In this document: piece by piece, positions 17,877 through 24,497 of the stretch
How positions within the stretch are numbered: the first letter of the stretch is position 1
How the letters are laid out: each line of letters opens with the position of its first letter
Source of the DNA: a virus
Taxonomy: Duplodnaviria > Caudoviricetes
IMG/VR virus record: IMGVR_UViG_3300025467_000059
Coordinates: 1 to 28,592 of that record
Length of the DNA: 28,592 nt
Strand: one strand, 5' to 3'
The notes under the pieces: generated by a model
Database searches by the model: none
What the model saw: the letters and a program-made list of their open reading frames with translations, nothing else
What the model was told of the DNA's origin: nothing
Made by a program: the position numbers and the translations under genes

Positions 17877-18302
17877 TCAGTAAATGATAACCGGCGCGGC
17901 GGTGCTATTGTTTGCCGGGAAAGTTACCGTGAATGGGGCCGCGCTGGTTGAGTAGGAGCCACCAAAATTCAGAACCGCCACGGAGCGGTTACCCTTAGAC
18001 GCATTGTATATCAACGCACCCGCAGTCGTCAGCGTGGAATTAGACCACGTAAAATCCTGCCAGCTTGTGTAGGCCGTAGTGCCTGAGAGCGTAACCCCAA
18101 GACCCGTCAGCGTGCCACCACCCGCGGTGTATCCCGTACCCGTAGTCTCCCCAGAAGTCGTATAGACCGTAGTGGTGGAGTCGATGTTAGCCGCGCTCGT
18201 ATACAGGGCGATCTTAAAGGTATCACCACCCACAAGGGAGAAGTTGTGAATCCCTTCGAGGAGTTCCAGCTTAAATGACGATGTCAGGCATTGTGTGATC
18301 AT
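17877..18302 (-). CDS. Virion structural (tail) protein
   Basis: SFK.ELL.G.HNF...DTFKIALYT...GY.AGG..L...GALIYN motif typical of these phage tail clusters. Confidence 0.8.
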   Translation of the reverse strand: MITQCLTSSFKLELLEGIHNFSLVGGDTFKIALYTSAANIDSTTTVYTTSGETTGTGYTAGGGTLTGLGVTLSGTTAYTSWQDFTWSNSTLTTAGALIYNASKGNRSVAVLNFGGSYSTSAAPFTVTFPANNSTAAPVIIY

Positions 18303-18961
18303 ACAACCTTGTCCCTGACCTGCACGGTCCTGTATTCATCCTGACGATCCTTACCGTCACCGAGCTGCTTCAACAGAGCCATAGCCTGATCGTACTTGGT
18401 CTGATACGCTTGGATCAAATCAGCCTCGCCCTTCAAAAATATATAACTCTCAACCAGAGCGCCGTACAGCAATACGTTCGGGAAGTTGGTGCTCAACCAC
18501 GTAGTCCCTGCGGTCACAATGGAAGTCGGATACGCAAAATAGTGCAGTTCGATGTCGTAGTTCACATCAGGCGTAGGCCCAAGAATGTACGTGTTGTTGT
18601 CGAACAGTGCGTAGTACTGCGGCGTTCCGGTAACACCGGGGAAGGGAAAGAACTCGCGGATGTAGTTCACATCCTTGTTCAGCATGTACCGATAGCCGTC
18701 CGCCTGTGTGTCTCCAGAGTTCATCACTGCCACGGAGAACGTGGACAGAAAATCGCTCGGAAGCGTCAGATACGGAAAAGAAGCTGTGGCTGTGCCTGTG
18801 ACATTCCTACGAAACGCGGGGAGCTCAACGGTGTTATTAACCAGCCGCTCTACATCCTGAACAAAGTTAGGAATGTTGCTGATGAAGCTCGCCTCATCAA
18901 CTTCAGTAAAGGCTTGTATTGCCTCTACCAGCCCCGCGTATGTCGTAATGTCGTATGACAT
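18299..18961 (-). CDS. Head-tail adaptor-like protein
   Basis: LPSDFL; G.PQYYA...LGPTPD..Y.IELHYF; TWL...LLYGALVE pattern of adaptor-type proteins. Confidence 0.7.
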   Translation of the reverse strand: MSYDITTYAGLVEAIQAFTEVDEASFISNIPNFVQDVERLVNNTVELPAFRRNVTGTATASFPYLTLPSDFLSTFSVAVMNSGDTQADGYRYMLNKDVNYIREFFPFPGVTGTPQYYALFDNNTYILGPTPDVNYDIELHYFAYPTSIVTAGTTWLSTNFPNVLLYGALVESYIFLKGEADLIQAYQTKYDQAMALLKQLGDGKDRQDEYRTVQVRDKVV

Positions 18962-18963
18962 GT

Positions 18964-19134
18964 TTAGCCCATCTTGGTGCTGTGCTTAGTGCCTTTCGTC
19001 TGCGCGCCTGTGCCGCGAGTCTTGACAGTCTGCGTAGATGCGATATTGTTCGGGTACCCAGAGGACTTGGGAGTCGGAACAGACTTTATTCCTTTGTACT
19101 CTGCAGAGCCTTCCTGATGTTCTTTACTTGCCAC
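18964..19134 (-). CDS. Small basic protein (56 aa, GTG start)
   Basis: Not in the track. MASKEHQEGSAEYKGIKSVPTPKSSGYPNNIASTQTVKTRGTGAQTKGTKHSTKMG; fills the gap, overlaps the upstream stop region. Confidence 0.7.
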   Translation of the reverse strand: MASKEHQEGSAEYKGIKSVPTPKSSGYPNNIASTQTVKTRGTGAQTKGTKHSTKMG

Positions 19135-19294
19135 GGCTAGACCCCTTCTGATTCATAGCACGAGCGAGGTTGCGCCCATACTTCTTCATGTCGAGGGAGG
19201 TTACACCGCCCTTTTTCATGCCCTTCAGAGCGGACTTTTTAACAGTCTGCTTGATCAGTTTCTTGTCTTCAGCGACATCATCATGCTTGGCCAT
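19124..19294 (-). CDS. Small Lys-rich protein with GG motif (56 aa)
   Basis: Not in the track. MAKHDDVAEDKKLIKQTVKKSALKGMKKGGVTSLDMKKYGRNLARAMNQKGSSRGK; GAGG RBS. Confidence 0.8.
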   Translation of the reverse strand: MAKHDDVAEDKKLIKQTVKKSALKGMKKGGVTSLDMKKYGRNLARAMNQKGSSRGK

Positions 19295-19305
19295 CGTGTT
19301 ACCTC

Positions 19306-19689
19306 TTAGAGAAGTGCGTTACCCGGAAGCGGAGGAACAATCACAGCGCCGGGAGCTACCGAAGTGAATGCCGTAATTCTAACATTGTTCAGATACGTGG
19401 TGAGCTGCTGGGTAGCCACAGGGTTAAAAGCGAAGTCAGCGCAAGAGTCATTCCTGTTCGTGTCAGGACGAGGCTCACGGAGAGCCTGCGGGTCATTTGA
19501 AACCTTCTGCGAACCAATGATTCCGACCCAATTCTGAGGATGGTCAATTTCCCAACACTCAGTACACCGTTTGGTGTTAATGAGTTTCCCCATAATATAG
19601 ATCTTTTTCATCACCTTGAGGTCATAGCGCTGGCCACAAAGATCGCAATACCCGAACGCCCGCTTATAACTCGCGAACCGTGTAGCCAT
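19306..19689 (-). CDS. Conserved phage protein with two CxxC motifs
   Basis: CDLCG...CTECW..DHPQ...DPQALREPRPD; TAATG coupling. Confidence 0.85.
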   Translation of the reverse strand: MATRFASYKRAFGYCDLCGQRYDLKVMKKIYIMGKLINTKRCTECWEIDHPQNWVGIIGSQKVSNDPQALREPRPDTNRNDSCADFAFNPVATQQLTTYLNNVRITAFTSVAPGAVIVPPLPGNALL

Positions 19690-20393
19690 TACCAGCCACC
19701 ACCCAAGTACCCAGCCATCGGAACAAATCTCACAGGACTTTTATCTCTGTCCTCATCCATTGCCAACTGCAATGCTTCATCATAAGACGCTTTCAGCATC
19801 TGCAGTCTATTCATATCCAAATCCGGTTGTTTTCTACCCAAATGATACGAAAGTCCCGCGGTCAATGCTTCGTAAAAACGGAAAGGTACATCTTGCGTTG
19901 TAGCACCTGACTGCCCAGCGTCTTGAACGCGGCGCAGATACCAATAATGAAAAGAGTAGCCCGATTGATTGGGCACTTGCCACAAGTAAATTTTCGGGAT
20001 AGGTGACTGCCTGTTTACCCATACCTGTACGGGGCGTCCTTGCGACAGCTTGTTTGGGATCGCGTCATAAGTCGGCAGGGCTATACGTGGGATAACTAAA
20101 TCGGTCTGGTTGTATTGGCTACCCGGATTCTGTCGAATCACTTGATCAACAAGGTCTACGCAGTCTTCTGGAAGATCGTAAATGTACTGTCCTTGGGTGA
20201 GCGGGATGTCCGCTTCTTCGTAAGTCCAAAGATTCAACCCGTGGTTAGCAAGCTCGGTTATGAGATAGTTGAGACTTCGTCGCGCGGTACGAGCTTGGTA
20301 ACCCGTGCGGATTTCGACCCCAACTCTTTCATAACTTTCTTCAATAATTTCATCTAGCTGGGGGTTCCAATTAGCTGTTCCACTAGTCGCCAT
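19689..20393 (-). CDS. Head-tail adaptor / tail tubular protein A-like
   Basis: EI.EE.YER.G...TARRSLN...N.GLNLWT...IPNK...GRP.Q...P.RF..AL.AGL.Y; GGAGG RBS inside the upstream endonuclease gene. Confidence 0.75.
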   Translation of the reverse strand: MATSGTANWNPQLDEIIEESYERVGVEIRTGYQARTARRSLNYLITELANHGLNLWTYEEADIPLTQGQYIYDLPEDCVDLVDQVIRQNPGSQYNQTDLVIPRIALPTYDAIPNKLSQGRPVQVWVNRQSPIPKIYLWQVPNQSGYSFHYWYLRRVQDAGQSGATTQDVPFRFYEALTAGLSYHLGRKQPDLDMNRLQMLKASYDEALQLAMDEDRDKSPVRFVPMAGYLGGGW

Positions 20394-21021
20394 TATTTGT
20401 TGCCTCCGCTTTACGCCTGCGCCATGATTCTAACAGCGCTGCGCTCCGCATTGCGCGCTCCTCTTCAGATTGCACCCTGCCTCTGGTCTTAGCGTGGGCT
20501 GCGGCTGTTATTTGTGGAGACATGCCTCTTTTCTTAGCGGAAGCGCTGATATTACGTCGATGCTCTTCAGAGAATACTTTACCTTGCATACTCCGCGATA
20601 CTTTCAATCTGTGCGCTTCTGGTAGCGGTTTTCCTTTTCTCGCGGTTACGGTAGCGGTTCGGCAGGCTGCTGATACGCCGCGTTTTTTTGCCGCTATGGA
20701 CAACTTCTCTAATGTCTCCGGTGTTAAAACTGTGCCCTTCTCGCCACCATCCGTGCAATTAGTTAGTTTAACTCCAGAACGTTTGAGACACTTGATGATG
20801 CCCCGTTCCAACTCTAGTGATATCGCATCAGATGAGCATTCTATGGTTCCGATAAAAATGTTTTCCTTACCGTGCTTAGCTACGACCCGCTTATGGTACT
20901 CATTCCGTTCCCTAAGATTTTTTGCTCGGCGCATAGCACCCTTGCCTACATAAAAAATAGACCCATCAGGACGACAGTGCACATACGCATATCTGGTCGT
21001 TTCTGGATTTATTGCTCTCAT
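20383..21021 (-). CDS. GIY-YIG homing endonuclease with NUMOD3-like repeats
   Basis: YAYVH...FYVGKG..RR...LE...I...LTN.TDGGE nuclease domain; repeats TPETLEKLS, PEAHRLKVS, SEEHRRNIS, SEEERAMRS. Confidence 0.88.
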   Translation of the reverse strand: MRAINPETTRYAYVHCRPDGSIFYVGKGAMRRAKNLRERNEYHKRVVAKHGKENIFIGTIECSSDAISLELERGIIKCLKRSGVKLTNCTDGGEKGTVLTPETLEKLSIAAKKRGVSAACRTATVTARKGKPLPEAHRLKVSRSMQGKVFSEEHRRNISASAKKRGMSPQITAAAHAKTRGRVQSEEERAMRSAALLESWRRRKAEATNNGD

Positions 21022-21023
21022 AT

Positions 21024-21086
21024 CTAGGCTTCCTCAACGATCTCATCAAGTTGCGGGTTCCAATCTGTGACGCCGGAGGTGGTCAT
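21024..21086 (-). pseudogene. Orphaned 20-codon 5' fragment of the adaptor gene 19689..20393
   Basis: Encodes MTTSGVTDWNPQLDEIVEEA-stop versus MATSGTANWNPQLDEIIEESY (14/20 identical); begins 3 nt after the upstream gene's TAA. Confidence 0.85.
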
Positions 21087-21089
21087 GGC

Positions 21090-21614
21090 TTAACCGTAAT
21101 GGATGGTTACGAAACCGATGTTCAGCATGTAGACGTAGATGCCGTTAGCGGCCAAAAGTCCTTCACCGGGAACATTCACACTTGAGGTAGCCGTAGATCC
21201 TGTCAAAGTTTCATAGGTAGTGATCCAGCGATTGCTGCCTGAAACATACTGACAAGCAGGGGGTGATCCGCTGAGCGTGTTGCTATTCGGATCGGTAATC
21301 GTGAAGGTGTTAGCCCCCGTCACCGTAATAGTGTAATTGCCGTCGGTAGCGGAACCGCCTGTAGTAGACGCGTATGAAATACCCACTGTCGCCCCCGTAG
21401 CCAACCCGTGCGCGGTGCTAGTTACCGTAACAGTGTTTGTGCCTGACTGAGCATAAGTAGCGGCGGTTGGCGCTGACAGGCAGTCAAAAGCCACGAGCCT
21501 ACCGTTCTGACCACCCGTACCGGCAAATGTAAACTGCTTCAGTCTCGCACGCCCACTTAGGATAATTCCAGAAACACTTATGTGCGCGGCTTTTACATCA
21601 TATTGCATCGTCAT
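21090..21614 (-). CDS. Virion structural protein with inserted beta-barrel (E1-FCCH-like) module
   Basis: MQYDVKA...R.K...PGEGLLA.NGIY frame with insert TVTVTSTAHGL.TG...DGNYTITV..ANTFTI. Confidence 0.75.
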   Translation of the reverse strand: MTMQYDVKAAHISVSGIILSGRARLKQFTFAGTGGQNGRLVAFDCLSAPTAATYAQSGTNTVTVTSTAHGLATGATVGISYASTTGGSATDGNYTITVTGANTFTITDPNSNTLSGSPPACQYVSGSNRWITTYETLTGSTATSSVNVPGEGLLAANGIYVYMLNIGFVTIHYG

Positions 21615-21624
21615 TGTCGTTACC

Positions 21625-21885
21625 TCAGCAGTTCCACGCCTTCAACGATTTGTTGATGCGGCTATTTGGGTCATTCGCAGTCTTGCTGCTCGTGAGTTTC
21701 TTTTTCATACCTGACATTCGGGCGCAAAAGGAGGCTCTCCTTCCGGCGTCTTCCTTTGTCTTGGGCTTTGGGGCCGGGGGTTTCAGGTTCATGCCCTGCT
21801 TCTTGGCAGAGGCGCGACCCTTGGCGTTTAGACCGCCCTTGGGGTCTTTACCTTCAGCTCTTTGCCACGCGGGAGACTTAGCCAT
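21625..21885 (-). CDS. Small basic phage protein (probably DUF6321-like)
   Basis: AWQR.EGK.PKGGLNAKGRAS...RRASFCARM.G...SRINKSL.AWNC, a strongly conserved phage motif; family name from memory. Confidence 0.85.
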   Translation of the reverse strand: MAKSPAWQRAEGKDPKGGLNAKGRASAKKQGMNLKPPAPKPKTKEDAGRRASFCARMSGMKKKLTSSKTANDPNSRINKSLKAWNC

Positions 21886-21887
21886 GC

Positions 21888-22319
21888 TTACCTCTGCTGG
21901 GGCCTCTGCACTACTTGTGAAGTAGGGTTTCCTTGAATCTGCAGTCCTTGCGGCTGCTGAAACTGGCTCATACCCAGAGGTTTGTTGCCTTGCTGCAGAG
22001 GACTCTGCATCGGGGCGGGCTGACCACCTACGCCGCCATCACTGCCGCTACCATCAAAACCTTCGTTGCCGCCGGGCATATTGCCTGTCACATCAGGACC
22101 TGACATAAAATTCTGATTTTGAGGAGTCGCGCCAAACGCCGGAGGCGGAGTGCCGGGCGTAATACCCTGTGGCTGGTTCGGCTGACCCTGTCCTTGGTAG
22201 GACATGAAGTTTTGGTTGGGGGCGGCAAAGTTGTTATAGCCAGACTGGCTATTCGCACCGCCCGATAAGCTCTGCTGAAGCTGAGATAAATCAACTCCCT
22301 GCCCGCCGCCCCCAGCCAT
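21888..22319 (-). CDS. Low-complexity Gln/Gly/Pro/Asn-rich protein
   Basis: 143 aa, TGATG-coupled, fills the operon slot; almost no bulky hydrophobic core. Confidence 0.7.
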   Translation of the reverse strand: MAGGGGQGVDLSQLQQSLSGGANSQSGYNNFAAPNQNFMSYQGQGQPNQPQGITPGTPPPAFGATPQNQNFMSGPDVTGNMPGGNEGFDGSGSDGGVGGQPAPMQSPLQQGNKPLGMSQFQQPQGLQIQGNPTSQVVQRPQQR

Positions 22320-22660
22320 CAGACAAACTTCCCTTTGGTGTGGCCCTTAGAGATGCAGCCATCGACAGAACCACCTTTATAGTAGCCCTTCATCGCCTTG
22401 CCACCGCAAGCCATCTTCTTGGTGCCACAAGAACCGCCAGACTTCATACCCATAGGGCCAGCGGTACGGAGACCTGCTGCCGGAGGCATAGGAGCATTAG
22501 CCGCACCCAAAGACATAGCGTTCAGTGCGGGAGCGCGCTTGGTTACACGAGCCTTCATAGACTCTTTCTTTGCCAAAGTAGGCATACCTGATTTCTTAGC
22601 CATTTTATTTCCTCTAGCTTTACGCTGAATTGGAGAAATACCGCGGGACGGCAGTGTCAT
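22319..22660 (-). CDS. Small basic protein with three GG motifs
   Basis: K/M/G-rich; GMKSGG, KMACGG, YYKGG; ends DGCISKGHTKGKFV. Confidence 0.8.
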   Translation of the reverse strand: MTLPSRGISPIQRKARGNKMAKKSGMPTLAKKESMKARVTKRAPALNAMSLGAANAPMPPAAGLRTAGPMGMKSGGSCGTKKMACGGKAMKGYYKGGSVDGCISKGHTKGKFV

Positions 22661-22890
22661 TTGTCCACCTTGTTGTCCAACTTGTCCATGATCCGGTTAA
22701 ACATACCCTTTATTTCGGCCATGTCGATTCGATAATCATCTTTACGGACGTAGTTCTCATGGAGAGACTGGTTGGTTTCTTTCACGTCTTTCTGGAGTTC
22801 TTTAACAGAATCCCACATGATTTTTACAAACCAACCAATGACTGCTCCGATGACCGCTGCAGTGATATTAATGATATTTTGCGCATCCAT
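22657..22890 (-). CDS. Small membrane-anchored coiled-coil protein (likely start MDAQ at 22890)
   Basis: One transmembrane segment (IINITAAVIGAVIGWFV), then coiled coil with YVRKDDY; holin-like organisation. Confidence 0.7.
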   Translation of the reverse strand: MDAQNIINITAAVIGAVIGWFVKIMWDSVKELQKDVKETNQSLHENYVRKDDYRIDMAEIKGMFNRIMDKLDNKVDK

Positions 22891-22903
22891 CGCTACCAGT
22901 CTC

Positions 22904-23401
22904 TTAGGCAGAGGCTGGAGCTGCAGTGCCATCGCTGTTCTTCTGAGCGTAACGCACCGTGAGGTTCAATGCACCTGCATTGACAGAAGAAGGTGAGCCG
23001 GTGAAGGCCAGCGTGACCACGACCGGAATATCGACAGAACCGATACTTACCCAGTTGGCGTATGAGCCAGTGGTGGCCAGTGAAGCCCGACCTGCAGAAG
23101 TCACAGTGGTCGTGGTGACAAACTTATTTGCCGTGGTCCCATCACCCACCGTAATGGTGGCTGCTGGAGTGGTGCCTCCGGTGAAGGTGAAGGCCGTGGT
23201 GGTGTCGAGTTCGATACCGAGAATCTGAGAACCTGCCGGAATCCAACCGATCGTGGTCGTGCCAGCGGTAGTAGCAGGAGACACAACAGAGTTCTGAGAA
23301 AGACTGACGACGCCGCAGTTAGCGACAGTACCAGCGGTGGTTCCGGTGGTGTCCTTTACGGTACCCGTGCGAATCGGGCCAAGCCAAGTGGAGAATCCCA
23401 T
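22904..23401 (-). CDS. Putative capsid decoration / minor structural protein (likely start MGFSTW at 23401)
   Basis: GAGG RBS before ATG 23401; ST..GP.R.G, IPAGSQI..I, G.L.LTV.Y.Q motifs; Thr-rich. Confidence 0.75.
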   Translation of the reverse strand: MGFSTWLGPIRTGTVKDTTGTTAGTVANCGVVSLSQNSVVSPATTAGTTTIGWIPAGSQILGIELDTTTAFTFTGGTTPAATITVGDGTTANKFVTTTTVTSAGRASLATTGSYANWVSIGSVDIPVVVTLAFTGSPSSVNAGALNLTVRYAQKNSDGTAAPASA

Positions 23402-23410
23402 GATAACCTC

Positions 23411-23483
23411 ATGCACATGCGCCTGTCGTCTTGTGCGAGTACCGCTAGGGCGGTCGAGCAGGCAATTAGAAAATCCCTAGATT
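23411..23483 (-). ncRNA. Structured RNA resembling the Mu-gpT downstream element (Mu-gpT-DE)
   Basis: Minus strand: CTAGGG can pair with CCCTAG; GCCTG/CAGGC stem encloses the ACCGC/GCGGT hairpin; GCACA can pair with TGTGC. Starts about 7 nt after a promoter, downstream of the capsid locus. Confidence 0.55.
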
Positions 23484-23489
23484 TGAGCC

Positions 23490-23518
23490 TTTGTAGCTTA
23501 CTTATTTTTCAGTGTCAA
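23490..23518 (-). promoter_or_regulatory. Sigma70-type promoter candidate
   Basis: TTGACA-17 nt-TACAAA immediately after a terminator; the -10 box lacks its final T. Confidence 0.55.
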
Positions 23519-23521
23519 GAC

Positions 23522-23548
23522 AAAAGAAAAGGGGGCCGAAGCCCCCTT
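23522..23548 (-). terminator. Rho-independent terminator after the GIY-YIG gene
   Basis: AAGGGGGC-TTCG-GCCCCCTT followed by TTCTTTT. Confidence 0.9.
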
Positions 23549-23572
23549 GTCCCGACCGGGATCTCCCAGTCC

Positions 23573-24388
23573 TCAGTCAGTATATCTAAAACTCCACCCC
23601 TCGGCTTTGCCTTTTGTCAGGGCGTTGCCAGATTTTAAAGCCCTATCCACCGTGGGTGGAGTCAGCCCAAGCTCCTTTCGAAGCTGAGTGATTGTAGCAA
23701 ACCTATGCTCTACACCAGCAGGATCCGTCGCTATGACGGCGCGGCCCATCTTCTCCTTTGACTCCTCCGAATGAGTGCGACCTTCCCAGTGACTGTAGTG
23801 CCCCGCCTCAGCTGCGGCACGGATTTTGGCACGGCCTTCAGCGGATATGGTTCTCCCGGGCGCTTTAGGTTTACCACGTTGAGCATCGCCAATCTTTTTA
23901 CGTGTCTCCTCTGAAACTGTTTTACCGTAGCGGTAGTGGTCTGCGCCTGCTGCTTTACCTTTACGCGTCTCTGACATCTGAGCGCGGGATTCTTCTGTAT
24001 GTGCTACGCCTTGCCGAGGGTGTCCCTCTCGTTTAAGCCATGCTTTGGTTTTTTCAGCTAATTTAGCCCGGATCTCTGGGCTCGCATCCCTCATAGGGGA
24101 GTCGGCGTGGGCAGCTACGTTGTAGCAGTAGTCTTTACCGAAATGCTCGTCCAGCCATTTTTGTTCCGCTGGGTACAACTCGTCTTTAGAGCTATGCGTC
24201 TCTAGCACTTCGAATTTAAAACAGTCCTCGCCATATTTGTTCCATGCACGTTGCAAATGCACGCAGTCATGGTTCCCTAAGCGAAGAGCTTTTCTATGCG
24301 CCCAAAAGCGTTTGCGAGAGTCGACTGTGCTGCCTACGTAGTAGTGGTCGTTGACTACGTTTCGGATTTTGTAAATTACGTTCTTCAT
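23573..24388 (-). CDS. GIY-YIG homing endonuclease (I-TevI/Seg-like) with NUMOD3 repeats and C-terminal HTH
   Basis: VIYKI.N......YVGS....KRF..H...L..G.H....LQ.AWNKYG...F.FE.LE...EQ.W...YN; HTEESRAQMS, SEETRKKIG, HSEESKEKM; GGAGG RBS. Confidence 0.95.
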   Translation of the reverse strand: MKNVIYKIRNVVNDHYYVGSTVDSRKRFWAHRKALRLGNHDCVHLQRAWNKYGEDCFKFEVLETHSSKDELYPAEQKWLDEHFGKDYCYNVAAHADSPMRDASPEIRAKLAEKTKAWLKREGHPRQGVAHTEESRAQMSETRKGKAAGADHYRYGKTVSEETRKKIGDAQRGKPKAPGRTISAEGRAKIRAAAEAGHYSHWEGRTHSEESKEKMGRAVIATDPAGVEHRFATITQLRKELGLTPPTVDRALKSGNALTKGKAEGWSFRYTD

Positions 24389-24411
24389 GCGCCCTCCGGG
24401 TTGGTAAAGAT

Positions 24412-24440
24412 ATTAAACCACTGAAGGAACGCTGTGTCAA
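24412..24440 (-). promoter_or_regulatory. Sigma70-type promoter for the GIY-YIG gene
   Basis: TTGACA-17 nt-TTTAAT with extended -10 TG, between the capsid terminator and the GGAGG RBS. Confidence 0.7.
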
Positions 24441-24449
24441 CATGCGGGC

Positions 24450-24478
24450 AAAAGAAAAGGGCCCGAAGGCCCTTTTCT
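24450..24478 (-). terminator. Rho-independent terminator after the major capsid gene (potentially bidirectional)
   Basis: AGAAAAGGGCC-TTCG-GGCCCTTTTCT then TTT. Confidence 0.92.
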
Positions 24479-24497
24479 CCCGATAAACCCTGATAAA

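Noticed and set aside
21024-21026. TAG recoding or alternative genetic code
   Set aside because: Other genes end normally at TAG and long ORFs are intact under code 11; reading through this TAG is out of frame with the nuclease.
20331-21030. Group I intron interpretation of the GIY-YIG insertion
   Set aside because: The nuclease ORF fills nearly the whole interval, leaving no non-coding room for an intron core, and the downstream gene has its own RBS and start.
23549-23572. Possible remnant of the capsid C-terminus after the GIY-YIG gene (GLGDPG versus FGSPG)
   Set aside because: Too short and weak to separate from chance; the segment is equally explained as a small hairpin (GACTGGGA/TCCCGGTC).
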